Assembly (NCBI GenBank): GCA_012728025.1
Contig: JAAYFX010000202.1
Location: 1-32,247, forward strand
Length of the DNA: 32,247 bases
Direction of reading: 5' to 3'
From: Clostridiales bacterium
Lineage (GTDB): Bacteria > Bacillota > Clostridia > Oscillospirales > Oscillospiraceae
The position numbers and the translations under genes were made by a program. Shown in pieces: positions 1 to 8,031 of the stretch. Under the pieces are notes generated by a model, which did no database searches, had not been told where the DNA came from, and saw only the letters and a list, made by a program, of their open reading frames with translations. The stretch's first letter is position 1; every line of letters starts with the position of its first letter.

Positions 1-275
1 AGATACCCTTTGCCGAGGCAGAGGCCATGAAGCAGGACTATGCAAGGCACAAGGAAATTTTGCCGGTGGTGAAGGCGGTCATTGAAAAAATGGCAACCAT
101 CATAAACCGGTATATAGACAAAAGCATGACCGACACGATATATCTCTGCGGCGGCACCTGCTGCCTTACGGGGATAGAAAAAATCATCGAAGGCGAAACC
201 GGAATTAAGACGATAAAACCGAAAAACCCCTTTTTGGTAACGCCTGCCGGCATCGCCATGAACTGCCTTATATGA
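1..275 (+). CDS. eutJ: EutJ-like ethanolamine utilisation chaperone, C-terminal fragment (5' end outside window)
   Basis: The reading frame of ORF 27..275 stays open to the window edge (..IPFAEAEAMKQ..). The C-terminal actin/Hsp70-fold signature IYLCGGTCCLTGIEKIIEGETGIKT...PFLVTPAGIA resembles EutJ. It heads a run of eut genes. Confidence 0.65.
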   Translation, partial: IPFAEAEAMKQDYARHKEILPVVKAVIEKMATIINRYIDKSMTDTIYLCGGTCCLTGIEKIIEGETGIKTIKPKNPFLVTPAGIAMNCLI

Positions 276-302
276 AAACCCTTAATGAAAGGGGGAATAT
301 CT

Positions 303-1001
303 ATGGACTATAACGAAATGGTGCAGGAGATTGTTTCAAGAGTTGCAGCCTACCTTGAAAAAGACCTTGCGGAAGGGGAGGATAACAGAAAAAAGCTTAT
401 AATTTTAACTCATGAGCATGGCGACATATGCCACAAGGGACTTGAAAGCCCGAAAATTAACGAATGTTTCAAGACCGAATGTGCCCTTTTAAGCGATTTT
501 CAGTGTGACGTTTCTTCATGCGACGCAATGGTTCTCTACGGACTTAGCAATTCAGACATTGCCCGCCTTGCCTCCGGTGTCTGCGATACGGTTTACACAA
601 GGATAGCATCAAAGGCACTGCTTTTGGGCAAGAAGGTTTGGGCGGTGAAGGAGGAAATCGAGCTTCTTCAGTATTGCTCCGACCAGCCATACGGAAAGAT
701 GATGTACGACAAGCTGAACCTGCTTACGGATATGGGCCTTACTATTTGCTCATATGAGGAGCTTGAGGACAGCATTGTAAACACTTTCTGCTATTGTGAA
801 GGAAACACTGAAACCTGCTATGAAAAGCCGAAAAAGCAGGGCGGAGACTATGTTTGCGCAAAACGTGTGGTAACGGAAAAAGATTTGGTGGCGGCTCGGT
901 CCGAGGGGGCTTCACGGCTTCTTACAGGGGAAAAAGCCATAATAACAGACCTTGCCCGTGAGTTTGCAAAGGAACATGGAATTGAAATTGTAAAGACCTG
1001 A
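303..1001 (+). CDS. Conserved eut-operon protein of unknown function (Firmicute 'eut hypothetical' type)
   Basis: ORF 285..1001. I prefer the ATG at 303 because GGGGGA lies 6 nt upstream. No catalytic motif was recognised. The C-terminal segment VVTEKDLVAARSEGASRLLTGEKAIITDLAREFAKEHGIEIV resembles tails seen in eut/pdu accessory proteins. Its position between eutJ and eutN fits the call. Confidence 0.45.
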   Translation: MDYNEMVQEIVSRVAAYLEKDLAEGEDNRKKLIILTHEHGDICHKGLESPKINECFKTECALLSDFQCDVSSCDAMVLYGLSNSDIARLASGVCDTVYTRIASKALLLGKKVWAVKEEIELLQYCSDQPYGKMMYDKLNLLTDMGLTICSYEELEDSIVNTFCYCEGNTETCYEKPKKQGGDYVCAKRVVTEKDLVAARSEGASRLLTGEKAIITDLAREFAKEHGIEIVKT

Positions 1002-1050
1002 GCCAACAGGGCAAAAGCTCTATCGGCACTCAGGCAGCGGAGGACAGACA

Positions 1051-1332
1051 ATGCGCATTGGAAAAGTAATAGGCAACATATGGGCAACCCGCAAGGAGGA
1101 AAAGCTCTCCGGACTTAAGCTTCTTATAATCCAGCCTGTAAACATTGTTACAAAGGAGCTTGACGGTGCACCCTTGGTATCGGCGGATATTATAGGCGCA
1201 GGTATCGGAGAAACGGTTATCTTCGTAAGCGGGAGCTCGGCGCGGGGTGCTGTCGGTGATGTGCAAACACCGGTTGACGCTACCGTTGTGGGAATAGTCG
1301 ATGACCTTGAAATCGATTCGGCACTTATATAG
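1051..1332 (+). CDS. eutN: EutN/CcmL-family microcompartment vertex protein
   Basis: 93 aa. The N-terminus MRIGKVIGNIWATRKEEKLSGLKLLIIQP and the motif DIIGAGIGETVIFVSGSSAR are typical of EutN/CcmL pentamers. GGAGGA RBS upstream. Confidence 0.85.
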   Translation: MRIGKVIGNIWATRKEEKLSGLKLLIIQPVNIVTKELDGAPLVSADIIGAGIGETVIFVSGSSARGAVGDVQTPVDATVVGIVDDLEIDSALI

Positions 1333-1347
1333 TGCGGAGGTGATTGT

Positions 1348-2706
1348 ATGGGACTTATTGAGACTATCCAAAGCTCCGGCATAGTCGGGGCTGGCGGTGC
1401 CGGCTTTCCAACCCATGTGAAGCTGGATACAAAGGCGGAATGCTTCATAATAAACGCCGCCGAGTGCGAACCTCTTATTGAAACGGATAAATTTTTATGC
1501 AGAACTTTTCCGGATAAAGTTGTTGGCGGCACGGCAATTGCGGCGGCGCATCTGGGGGCAAAGCGTATAGTTATCGCTTTAAAGGGCAAATATGAAGATG
1601 AGATAGCAGCTCTTAAGGCTTCAATCAAAAAAGCCGGAGTCAATATCGAAATTTTTAAAATGCCAACCTTCTACCCTGCCGGAGACGAGCAGACAATGGT
1701 TCACATGGTAACGGGGAAAACCGTTCCTGAAAGGGGCATACCCCTTGAGGTGGGCGTGGTTGTAAACAACGTCGGCACTATGATGAACCTGTTTGAGGCC
1801 GTCCATGAGGGAAAACCCGTCTGCGACAAATACCTTTCTGTTGTAGGCGAGGTTGAAAAACCCATAATGCTCCACGTTCCCATAGGCACAGCCATTGAAG
1901 AATGTATAAAAAAGGCCGAGCCTAAGATAAGGGACTACGCTGTTATTTTGGGTGGGCCTATGATGGGCAGTGTCTTGAAAGAACCGGAGGAAATTTCCCA
2001 AAGCGTCGTTACAAAAACCAGCGGAAACATTATAGTTTTACCTCGTGACCATTTCCTTATAACACGAAGCACAGTTCCCATAGAACGGCTGAAGCAGCAG
2101 GCAAGAAGCGCTTGCATCCAGTGCAGATTTTGCACAGACCTATGCCCCAGATACCTTATAGGCCACAGGATACGCCCCCATCTGGTTATGCGCAATGTCT
2201 GGCTGGAGGAGCAAACCCGTGATAACGAAAGGTTTGAGGAGCTTTTTGGAGACGCTGTAAACTGCTGTGACTGCGGCATTTGTGAGCTTTTCTCGTGTCC
2301 AATGGGACTTTCACCAAGGCTCATAAACGTCTATATGAAGGGCAAACTTCGTGAGCGGGGCATCAATGTTCCAAAAACTCCGGAGCCCGAGGCTTTGGAT
2401 ATTATAGATATGCACAGGGTACCAACGGAAAGGCTTGTAACAAGGCTTAACCTTGGAAAGTACTATACCCAGCATACGAAAGACTGCTTCGAGCTTAATC
2501 CCGAGCAGGTTTATATACCTTTTGCTCAACACATCGGAAAGCCCGCAGAGCCATGTGTATCACAGGGTGATGAAATTAAAAAGGGGCAGCTTCTTGCAAA
2601 AGCGCAGGGTGCTGTTTCGGCAAATATTCATGCAAGCATAAGCGGCACAATCGTGAAAGTCGACGCAAAAGGAGCTTCTATCAGCAGGAAGGGGGAATCC
2701 ATATGA
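1348..2706 (+). CDS. PduS-like RnfC/NuoF-family flavoprotein with two 4Fe-4S motifs (putative cobalamin reductase or electron shuttle)
   Basis: 452 aa. The N-terminal GIVGAGGAGFPTHVKL...IINAAECEPL is an RnfC/PduS-type nucleotide-binding motif. Two Cys clusters are present, CIQCRFCTDLCP and CCDCGICELFSCP. The gene overlaps the next one in an ATGA junction. Confidence 0.7.
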   Translation: MGLIETIQSSGIVGAGGAGFPTHVKLDTKAECFIINAAECEPLIETDKFLCRTFPDKVVGGTAIAAAHLGAKRIVIALKGKYEDEIAALKASIKKAGVNIEIFKMPTFYPAGDEQTMVHMVTGKTVPERGIPLEVGVVVNNVGTMMNLFEAVHEGKPVCDKYLSVVGEVEKPIMLHVPIGTAIEECIKKAEPKIRDYAVILGGPMMGSVLKEPEEISQSVVTKTSGNIIVLPRDHFLITRSTVPIERLKQQARSACIQCRFCTDLCPRYLIGHRIRPHLVMRNVWLEEQTRDNERFEELFGDAVNCCDCGICELFSCPMGLSPRLINVYMKGKLRERGINVPKTPEPEALDIIDMHRVPTERLVTRLNLGKYYTQHTKDCFELNPEQVYIPFAQHIGKPAEPCVSQGDEIKKGQLLAKAQGAVSANIHASISGTIVKVDAKGASISRKGESI

Positions 2707-3242
2707 GCCGTGCCATTGGAATGATAGAGCTTTCCAGCATTGCCCGAGGCATAGAGGTAAGCGATTATATGCTGAAGGCATCAAAGGTTGACCTTATTCG
2801 AACCTCCACGATTTGTCCGGGAAAATATGTAGTAATAATCGGCGGAGATACAGGAAATGTCCGAAGTTCAATAGCTGAGGGCGAAAAATGGGGAGGGGAA
2901 TGTGTTCTGGATGTCCTTATAATCCCCAATGTGCATCCTGACCTTATACCGGCAATTTCCCTTTCAAACCATGTGGAAACCCGAGGGGCCTTGGGTGTGA
3001 TGGAGTTTTTCTCTGTGACATCGGCAATTAAGGCGGCGGATTTTGCGGCAAAGGCGGCAAATATCACCCTCATAGAGGTTAGGATTGGGTTTGCCATAGG
3101 CGGAAAGGGATATGTAACTCTAACCGGAGATGTGGGTTCTGTTCGTACGGCTGTCACAGCCGCCTCTAAGCAGGCCGAAATGCTCGTCGGAACCGCTGTC
3201 ATACCCATGCCGGAACCAAGGCTATTTGACCATATGCTGTAA
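2703..3242 (+). CDS. pduT: PduT-like tandem-BMC-domain shell protein
   Basis: 179 aa with two BMC repeats (AIGMIELSSIARGIEVSDYMLKAS... and ALGVMEFFSVTSAIKAADFAAKAANI...). TICPGKY contains the Cys that ligates the 4Fe-4S cluster in PduT. The start overlaps the stop of the PduS-like gene. Confidence 0.75.
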   Translation: MSRAIGMIELSSIARGIEVSDYMLKASKVDLIRTSTICPGKYVVIIGGDTGNVRSSIAEGEKWGGECVLDVLIIPNVHPDLIPAISLSNHVETRGALGVMEFFSVTSAIKAADFAAKAANITLIEVRIGFAIGGKGYVTLTGDVGSVRTAVTAASKQAEMLVGTAVIPMPEPRLFDHML

Positions 3243-3286
3243 ATGACGTTCTTGTAAGCCTAAATTTTGTAGGAGGATTATTATTT

Positions 3287-4549
3287 ATGTTTCAAGAGTT
3301 AATAGACAACATAACAAATGTAGGAGTTTTTACCGAAAGTATAAAAGGATGGGTTTCTGACCTATCCATAAACTCCGTTATCATTTTTATCATGATGATT
3401 TTCATGATAGTCGGCGCCATTGATAAAATGCGCGGCAACAAGCTCGGCTACGGTGAGCAGTTTGACGAAGGCTTTATGGCAATGGGCTCTCTTGCTATCG
3501 CCATGGCCGGTGTCGTGGCGGCCGCTCCTGTCCTTGCCATCATCCTTGGACCTATCATAACCCCTCTTTATACGGCTGTGGGCGCAAACCCCGCCATGTT
3601 TGCAACAACCCTTCTGGCAAACGACATGGGCGGCTATCCCCTTGCCATGCAGCTTGCAGGAGACAATGAGGCAATCGGTAACTTTGCGGGTCTGATTCTA
3701 GGCTCCATGATGGGACCCACCATAGTGTTCACAATCCCTGTGGCTCTTACCATCATAAAGCCCGAGGATCGCTCCTATCTGGGCGCCGGTATCCTTGCCG
3801 GTCTTATAACAATTCCCATTGGCTGCATAGTCGGCGGCCTTGTAATGAACATGACCCCTTACAAAATGAACATTGGTGAAATCCTTATAAACCTTATCCC
3901 TGTTATCATCATTGCCGGACTTATCGTTTTAGGTCTGTGGTTTGCTCCTGCCAAGATGATTAGCGGCTTTAACAAATTTGGTAAAGGTGTAACAATTGCC
4001 ATAACCTTCTTCACAGCCGTTGCTGTGTTCGAGTATCAAACGGGCATTTTGTTCCCCCTGTTTAACATCATGGTTGAACCGGACGCCGTTACAGGCTCCA
4101 TTCCTCTGGAGGACGGTCTTTTAGTCTGCGGCCAGATTGCCGTTGTCTTAATAGGTGCCTTCCCCATGGTTATGTGGATAACAAAGACCTTTGGAAAGGC
4201 ACTTTCCAAAATCGGCGGCAAGCTGGGCATGGATGAAAATGGCTCGGCCGGCCTTGTGGCAACCCTTGCAAACAACATTGCCATGTTCAACATCATGAAG
4301 GACATGAACCCCAAGGGCAAGCTTTTGAACGTGTCCTTCGCAGTTGCAGCGGCCTTCGTTTTCGGCGACCATCTCGGCTTTACAGCAGGTGTTAACTCTG
4401 ATATGATATTCCCCATGATTGCCGGAAAGCTAACTGCCGGTATCACAGCCCTTATCCTTGCTAACATTCTGTCCCCCATGCTCCTTGCAAAGATTGACAA
4501 CGGAGGGAGCGACCTCATAGAGGGCGCCGAAGAAAAAGACGAAGACTAA
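3287..4549 (+). CDS. eutH: EutH ethanolamine permease
   Basis: 420 aa polytopic membrane protein. Its location between shell genes and eutQ fits EutH, and a GGAGGA RBS lies upstream. Confidence 0.8.
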   Translation: MFQELIDNITNVGVFTESIKGWVSDLSINSVIIFIMMIFMIVGAIDKMRGNKLGYGEQFDEGFMAMGSLAIAMAGVVAAAPVLAIILGPIITPLYTAVGANPAMFATTLLANDMGGYPLAMQLAGDNEAIGNFAGLILGSMMGPTIVFTIPVALTIIKPEDRSYLGAGILAGLITIPIGCIVGGLVMNMTPYKMNIGEILINLIPVIIIAGLIVLGLWFAPAKMISGFNKFGKGVTIAITFFTAVAVFEYQTGILFPLFNIMVEPDAVTGSIPLEDGLLVCGQIAVVLIGAFPMVMWITKTFGKALSKIGGKLGMDENGSAGLVATLANNIAMFNIMKDMNPKGKLLNVSFAVAAAFVFGDHLGFTAGVNSDMIFPMIAGKLTAGITALILANILSPMLLAKIDNGGSDLIEGAEEKDED

Positions 4550-4561
4550 GCTTTGGCATAA

Positions 4562-4590
4562 ATCCGACCCCGCCAAAATCGGGGTCGGAT
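4562..4590 (+). other. Perfect 11-bp stem-loop in the eutH-eutQ spacer (no U-tract)
   Basis: atccgaccccg (4562-4572) pairs with cggggtcggat (4580-4590) around a 7-nt loop. The 10-mer ccccgccaaa recurs at 4568-4577 and 4592-4601, which allows an alternative pairing. Confidence 0.4.
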
Positions 4591-4667
4591 GCCCCGCCAA
4601 AGGGCCTTATACCCTAGGCGGTGAACACAGTTAAAGACAGTTGTGAGCTTTCGGGAAAGGAATCCAT

Positions 4668-5099
4668 ATGAATATTAGTGAGGAGCTAATAAAAGCGATA
4701 GTCGAGCAGGTTGTTCGGGAAATGCAAAAACCGGCCTGTGAGTCTGAAAGACAAGTTGACCCCAGCGGTATAATAGGCATAAAAACCTCAAGTGTTAAGC
4801 TTGAGCCTTTTGCCGGACGTGATGATGTTCTTTTAAAAGATGTAACAAGTCTGGCCGAAGCACCCAGAATGGGCTGCGGAATTATGGAGCTTAAAAACGG
4901 TGCAGATTTTGAATGGACCCTTACTTATGACGAGTATGACATCATTTTGGAAGGTTACCTTGAGATAGAAATAGACGGGCGCACGATTTCCGGCGGCCCT
5001 GGGGATATTATATACATACCCAAGGGAAGCCATATACACTTCAAAACGCCGGATTACGCAAAATATGTATACACCGTCTACCCTGCGGATTGGCAGTAA
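4668..5099 (+). CDS. eutQ: EutQ cupin-fold ethanolamine utilisation protein
   Basis: 143 aa. The C-terminal cupin core is EWTLTYDEYDIILEGYLEIEIDGRTISGGPGDIIYIPKGSHIHF. It is the last gene of the eut block. Confidence 0.75.
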   Translation: MNISEELIKAIVEQVVREMQKPACESERQVDPSGIIGIKTSSVKLEPFAGRDDVLLKDVTSLAEAPRMGCGIMELKNGADFEWTLTYDEYDIILEGYLEIEIDGRTISGGPGDIIYIPKGSHIHFKTPDYAKYVYTVYPADWQ

Positions 5100-5124
5100 A
5101 AGTTGTGGGGAAATTAAATACAGC

Positions 5125-5380
5125 GTCTTTGTGACCTTGTGCGGGATGAACGCCCAAGGGTGGACAAGGGAATTCGGTTAGAACCCGAAGCGGTACCGCC
5201 ACTGTATGCGAAGTCCGCTGCTTAAGCGTAATTGACAAAGGCAGGCTCTATAAAAGAGCGGTCGGTCTTTACGTTGGGCGAAAGCCCTCCATTGGGGAAA
5301 CCTGAGAAGGTGAGCAGATGAGGCGAGGGGAAGGTTTCCCCATGCGTGAGCCAGTAGACCTACAAGGATTGGATGAGCGT
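5125..5380 (+). promoter_or_regulatory. Cobalamin (B12) riboswitch aptamer
   Basis: The conserved core aagggaattcggttagaacccgaagcggtaccgccactgt (about 5166-5205) and a B12-box-like gagccagtagacctac (about 5348-5363) are present. They are separated by a long insertion containing the helix ggggaaacc/ggtttcccc. B12 salvage and transport genes lie downstream. Boundaries are approximate. Confidence 0.8.
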
Positions 5381-5412
5381 GGGTGATTTGCATCCCCGCT
5401 GAGACTTCATGC

Positions 5413-5460
5413 AAAAAAACGGTTGCGGTGGGGCTTTGCCCGACGCAGCCGTTTTATCTT
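5413..5460 (+). terminator. Intrinsic terminator (riboswitch expression platform)
   Basis: A GC-rich hairpin aaaacggttgcgg...ccgacgcagccgtttt is followed by ttttatctt, about 50 nt before the cobU-like start. Confidence 0.7.
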
Positions 5461-5508
5461 AAAACCCTTTGCGATTTCGTGAAATGAGCAGAAAGGAAAG
5501 GCGTATAT

Positions 5509-6105
5509 ATGAAAGTTCTTATATCAGGAGGCGTTAAAAACGGCAAGACCTATCACGCCCAGCGCCTTGCAAAAGCGCTTTCCGGAAAGGGACCGCTTTA
5601 TTATATAGCAACTATGGCTCCGGTTGACAGGGAGGATGATGAGCGCATAGCCCGCCATATTGCCGAAAGGGAGGGCTGGGGCTTTGAAACCATCGAATGT
5701 CCCACCGACATAATGAGCTGTGTTTACAGGGGAAGGCCCGAGGGGGTTTTCCTTTTGGATAGCACAACAGCTCTTTTGGCAAACGAGATGTTTTCAAAGG
5801 ACGGCAGCGTTGACCACTCGGCGGCAGAGCGGGTGGCAGAGGAGCTTCGTGCCTTTGCAAGCTGCGTTGAGGGGATTGTAGTGGTTTCTGACTCGATTTA
5901 TTCCGATGCTCAAACTTATAGCGAGCTGACTCAGGAATACAGAATCAGTCTTGCGTATATAGACCGTGCCCTTGCCAAAAGCTTTGACGCAGTTTATGAG
6001 GTCTGCTGTGGCAAGATTATATGCCACAAGGGCAGCCTTTTGGAGGGTTATGGCAAGGAGTCTTTAGAAAACAAGGAAAATAAAGTACAGGGAGGCAAAG
6101 TATGA
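5509..6105 (+). CDS. cobU: CobU/CobP-family adenosylcobinamide kinase/guanylyltransferase-like protein
   Basis: 198 aa, collinear with CobU. It has a variant P-loop (ISGGVKNGKT), LYYIATM, ERIARHI (His region), LLDSTTALLANEMF and VVVSDSIY. The operon is under riboswitch control. Confidence 0.7.
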   Translation: MKVLISGGVKNGKTYHAQRLAKALSGKGPLYYIATMAPVDREDDERIARHIAEREGWGFETIECPTDIMSCVYRGRPEGVFLLDSTTALLANEMFSKDGSVDHSAAERVAEELRAFASCVEGIVVVSDSIYSDAQTYSELTQEYRISLAYIDRALAKSFDAVYEVCCGKIICHKGSLLEGYGKESLENKENKVQGGKV

Positions 6106-6479
6106 ATCTGATAATTGGGGGAGCCTATCAGGGAAAGCTGGAATATGCCAGAGAAAGATTTGGGCTTTCTGATGAAGACATTTGCCTATGCTCGGAGGAT
6201 AGGCAGCCGGACTTATCAAAAAGCTGCCTTTACCATGTGGAGCAGTTTGTTATGCTATGTATGAAAAACGGGCGAGACCCCGCCTTAGAGCTGGCCGACT
6301 GGCAAAAAGAGCATAAGGACGGCCTGCTCATATGTGAGGATATTTTCTGTGGTGTTGTCCCCACAGACCGGCAGACAAGACTTTGGCGGGAGGCCACAGG
6401 CCGATTTATGAGCTGGGCGGCAAGGGAAGCTGAGTCTGTAACAAGGATTTTTTGCGGTCTGCCCCAGAAGATAAAATGA
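6102..6479 (+). CDS. Short CobU-like paralogue with degenerate P-loop
   Basis: 125 aa. The N-terminus IIGGAYQGKL has no Ser/Thr after the Lys. The C-terminus ICEDIFCGVVPTDRQTRLWREATGRFMSWAAREAESVTRIFCGLPQKIK resembles the CobU C-terminal half. ATGA overlaps occur at both ends. Confidence 0.5.
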   Translation: MNLIIGGAYQGKLEYARERFGLSDEDICLCSEDRQPDLSKSCLYHVEQFVMLCMKNGRDPALELADWQKEHKDGLLICEDIFCGVVPTDRQTRLWREATGRFMSWAAREAESVTRIFCGLPQKIK

Positions 6480-7069
6480 CGAGTGCAGCCTATCTTATAC
6501 GCCACAGCCTTACCGAGGCCAACGAAAAAAGGCTGTACTGCGGAAAAACTGACCTGCCCCTTTCGAAAGACGGAATAAGTCTTGCCATGGAGCTAAAACG
6601 GCAGGAGATTTATAAGCTTCCTGAGGGCTGCAAGTTTTTCACAAGCGGCATGAGGCGCACAGACGAAACTTTAAGGCTGCTGTTTGGGGAAGTCAATTTT
6701 ACAAAGGTGCCGGAGCTTAGAGAAATAGACTTCGGCAGCTTTGAAATGCTATCATACGCAGAGCTTAAAGACAGGGAAGATTATAAGCTTTGGCTGAAAG
6801 GCGATAATGAAAAAAACCCCTGTCCCCATGGGGAGAGCGCCGTGGACATGGAGAAAAGGGTTATTCCCGCCATAAGAGCGATTTTTAAGGAAAAATCCTC
6901 TGTTACTGTCACCCATGGCGGGGTTATCGCCTGTATTATGGCACAGTTTTTTCCCCATGAGGGTAAAAATAGATACCAATGGCAGCCCGCTCCGGCGGAA
7001 GGGTACCGCCTGCTATTAAAAGATAGCATCCCTGTGGGATATGAATGGCTCCATAGAAACACAAAGTAA
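6476..7069 (+). CDS. cobC: Histidine phosphatase family protein (CobC-like alpha-ribazole phosphatase)
   Basis: The ORF track starts at 6452. I prefer the ATG at 6476, which forms an ATGA overlap with the upstream stop. YLIRHSLTEAN corresponds to the RHG-type catalytic motif, and VTHGGVI carries the second His. The context is B12 salvage. Confidence 0.6.
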   Translation: MTSAAYLIRHSLTEANEKRLYCGKTDLPLSKDGISLAMELKRQEIYKLPEGCKFFTSGMRRTDETLRLLFGEVNFTKVPELREIDFGSFEMLSYAELKDREDYKLWLKGDNEKNPCPHGESAVDMEKRVIPAIRAIFKEKSSVTVTHGGVIACIMAQFFPHEGKNRYQWQPAPAEGYRLLLKDSIPVGYEWLHRNTK

Positions 7070-7110
7070 AAAAGCCGGCGATGTCAGTCGGCATATACGG
7101 GGGAGAAAGC

Positions 7111-8031
7111 ATGAAAAAGAGACAATTTGCTTTGATATTGGCGCTGGCGCTGGGCTTAAGCCTTCTTGCCTCATGCGGCACAGTGCTTGAAAAGCCGGAG
7201 GAAAACACAGGTTCGTTTCAGCTCGTTGACATGGAGGGGCGAGTGCTTAATCTTGAAGGGCCGGCGGAGAGGGTTATTGCCCTTACAGCGTCAGATTGCG
7301 AGATACTTTTTGCTCTGGGAGCTGGGGATTTTGTTATTGCAAGAGGGCAGTATTGCAACTATCCGGAAAAGGCTTTGGAGCTTCAGGCGATTTCATCGGG
7401 TAGCGAAACTAACACAGAGCAGATAATAGCTTTAAAGCCGGACCTTGTCATAATGAACATGATGGACCAGACATTAAAGCAAATCGCTGCCATGGAAAAA
7501 GCAGGCATACCGGTGGTGGTAAACTCTGCCGAAAGCATAGATGAGGTTTATAAATCCATAGAGCTAATCGGCAAAGCTGTGGGAAAAGACATGGAAGCAG
7601 AGACTTTAGTTTCCGATATGAGGAAAAATTTTGAAGACATAAGCTCTAAGTCGATACAGGGAGAAAAAACAGTATATTTTGAGGTTTCACCTCTGGAATA
7701 CGGCCTTTGGACAGCGGGAAAAGGAACCTTCATGGATGAAATAGTGGAGCTTCTCGGCATGAAAAACGCCTTTCCCGACGTTTCGGGCTGGGCAGAAATT
7801 TCTCAGGAGCAGGTAATAGAAAGAAACCCCGATTATATTGTAACCATAAGCATGGGTACTTTGGGCCAGCCATCGCCAACGGAGGAAATAATGTCCCGCA
7901 GGGGATGGCAGGGCATAAAGGCAGTAAGTGAAGGTGCCGTGACGGAAATTGACTCCGATGAAATCGCAAGGCCAGGGCCAAGGCTTGTTTCAGCGGCCGA
8001 AGGGCTTTATGCCTTCTTCTACGGTGATTAG
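7111..8031 (+). CDS. BtuF-like ABC substrate-binding lipoprotein (cobalamin/siderophore family)
   Basis: The ORF track starts at 7081. I prefer the ATG at 7111, which has GGGGGAGA upstream. The signal peptide plus lipobox reads MKKRQFALILALALGLSLLASC. The motifs PDLVI and NPDYIV are typical of the PBP cluster A fold. Confidence 0.8.
   Translation: MKKRQFALILALALGLSLLASCGTVLEKPEENTGSFQLVDMEGRVLNLEGPAERVIALTASDCEILFALGAGDFVIARGQYCNYPEKALELQAISSGSETNTEQIIALKPDLVIMNMMDQTLKQIAAMEKAGIPVVVNSAESIDEVYKSIELIGKAVGKDMEAETLVSDMRKNFEDISSKSIQGEKTVYFEVSPLEYGLWTAGKGTFMDEIVELLGMKNAFPDVSGWAEISQEQVIERNPDYIVTISMGTLGQPSPTEEIMSRRGWQGIKAVSEGAVTEIDSDEIARPGPRLVSAAEGLYAFFYGD

Noticed and set aside
1020-1643. Long antisense ORFs in the six-frame track, including 1020..1643(-), 2765..3208(-), 4036..4518(-), 8056..8619(-), 8623..9030(-), 10329..10841(+), 12368..12835(-), 17210..17986(+), 18794..19237(-), 26749..27135(-) and 28084..28740(+).
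   Set aside because: Each lies fully inside a gene on the opposite strand that has clear family motifs. Their translations are low-complexity or Arg/Pro/Ser-rich shadow sequences with no RBS support.
4562-4640. ANTAR (EutV-type) dual-hexaloop antiterminator target in the eutH-eutQ spacer.
   Set aside because: The hairpin loop is 7 nt (ccaaaat), which does not fit the hexaloop pattern with A at position 1 and G at position 4. I could not identify a second matching hairpin or an overlapping terminator.
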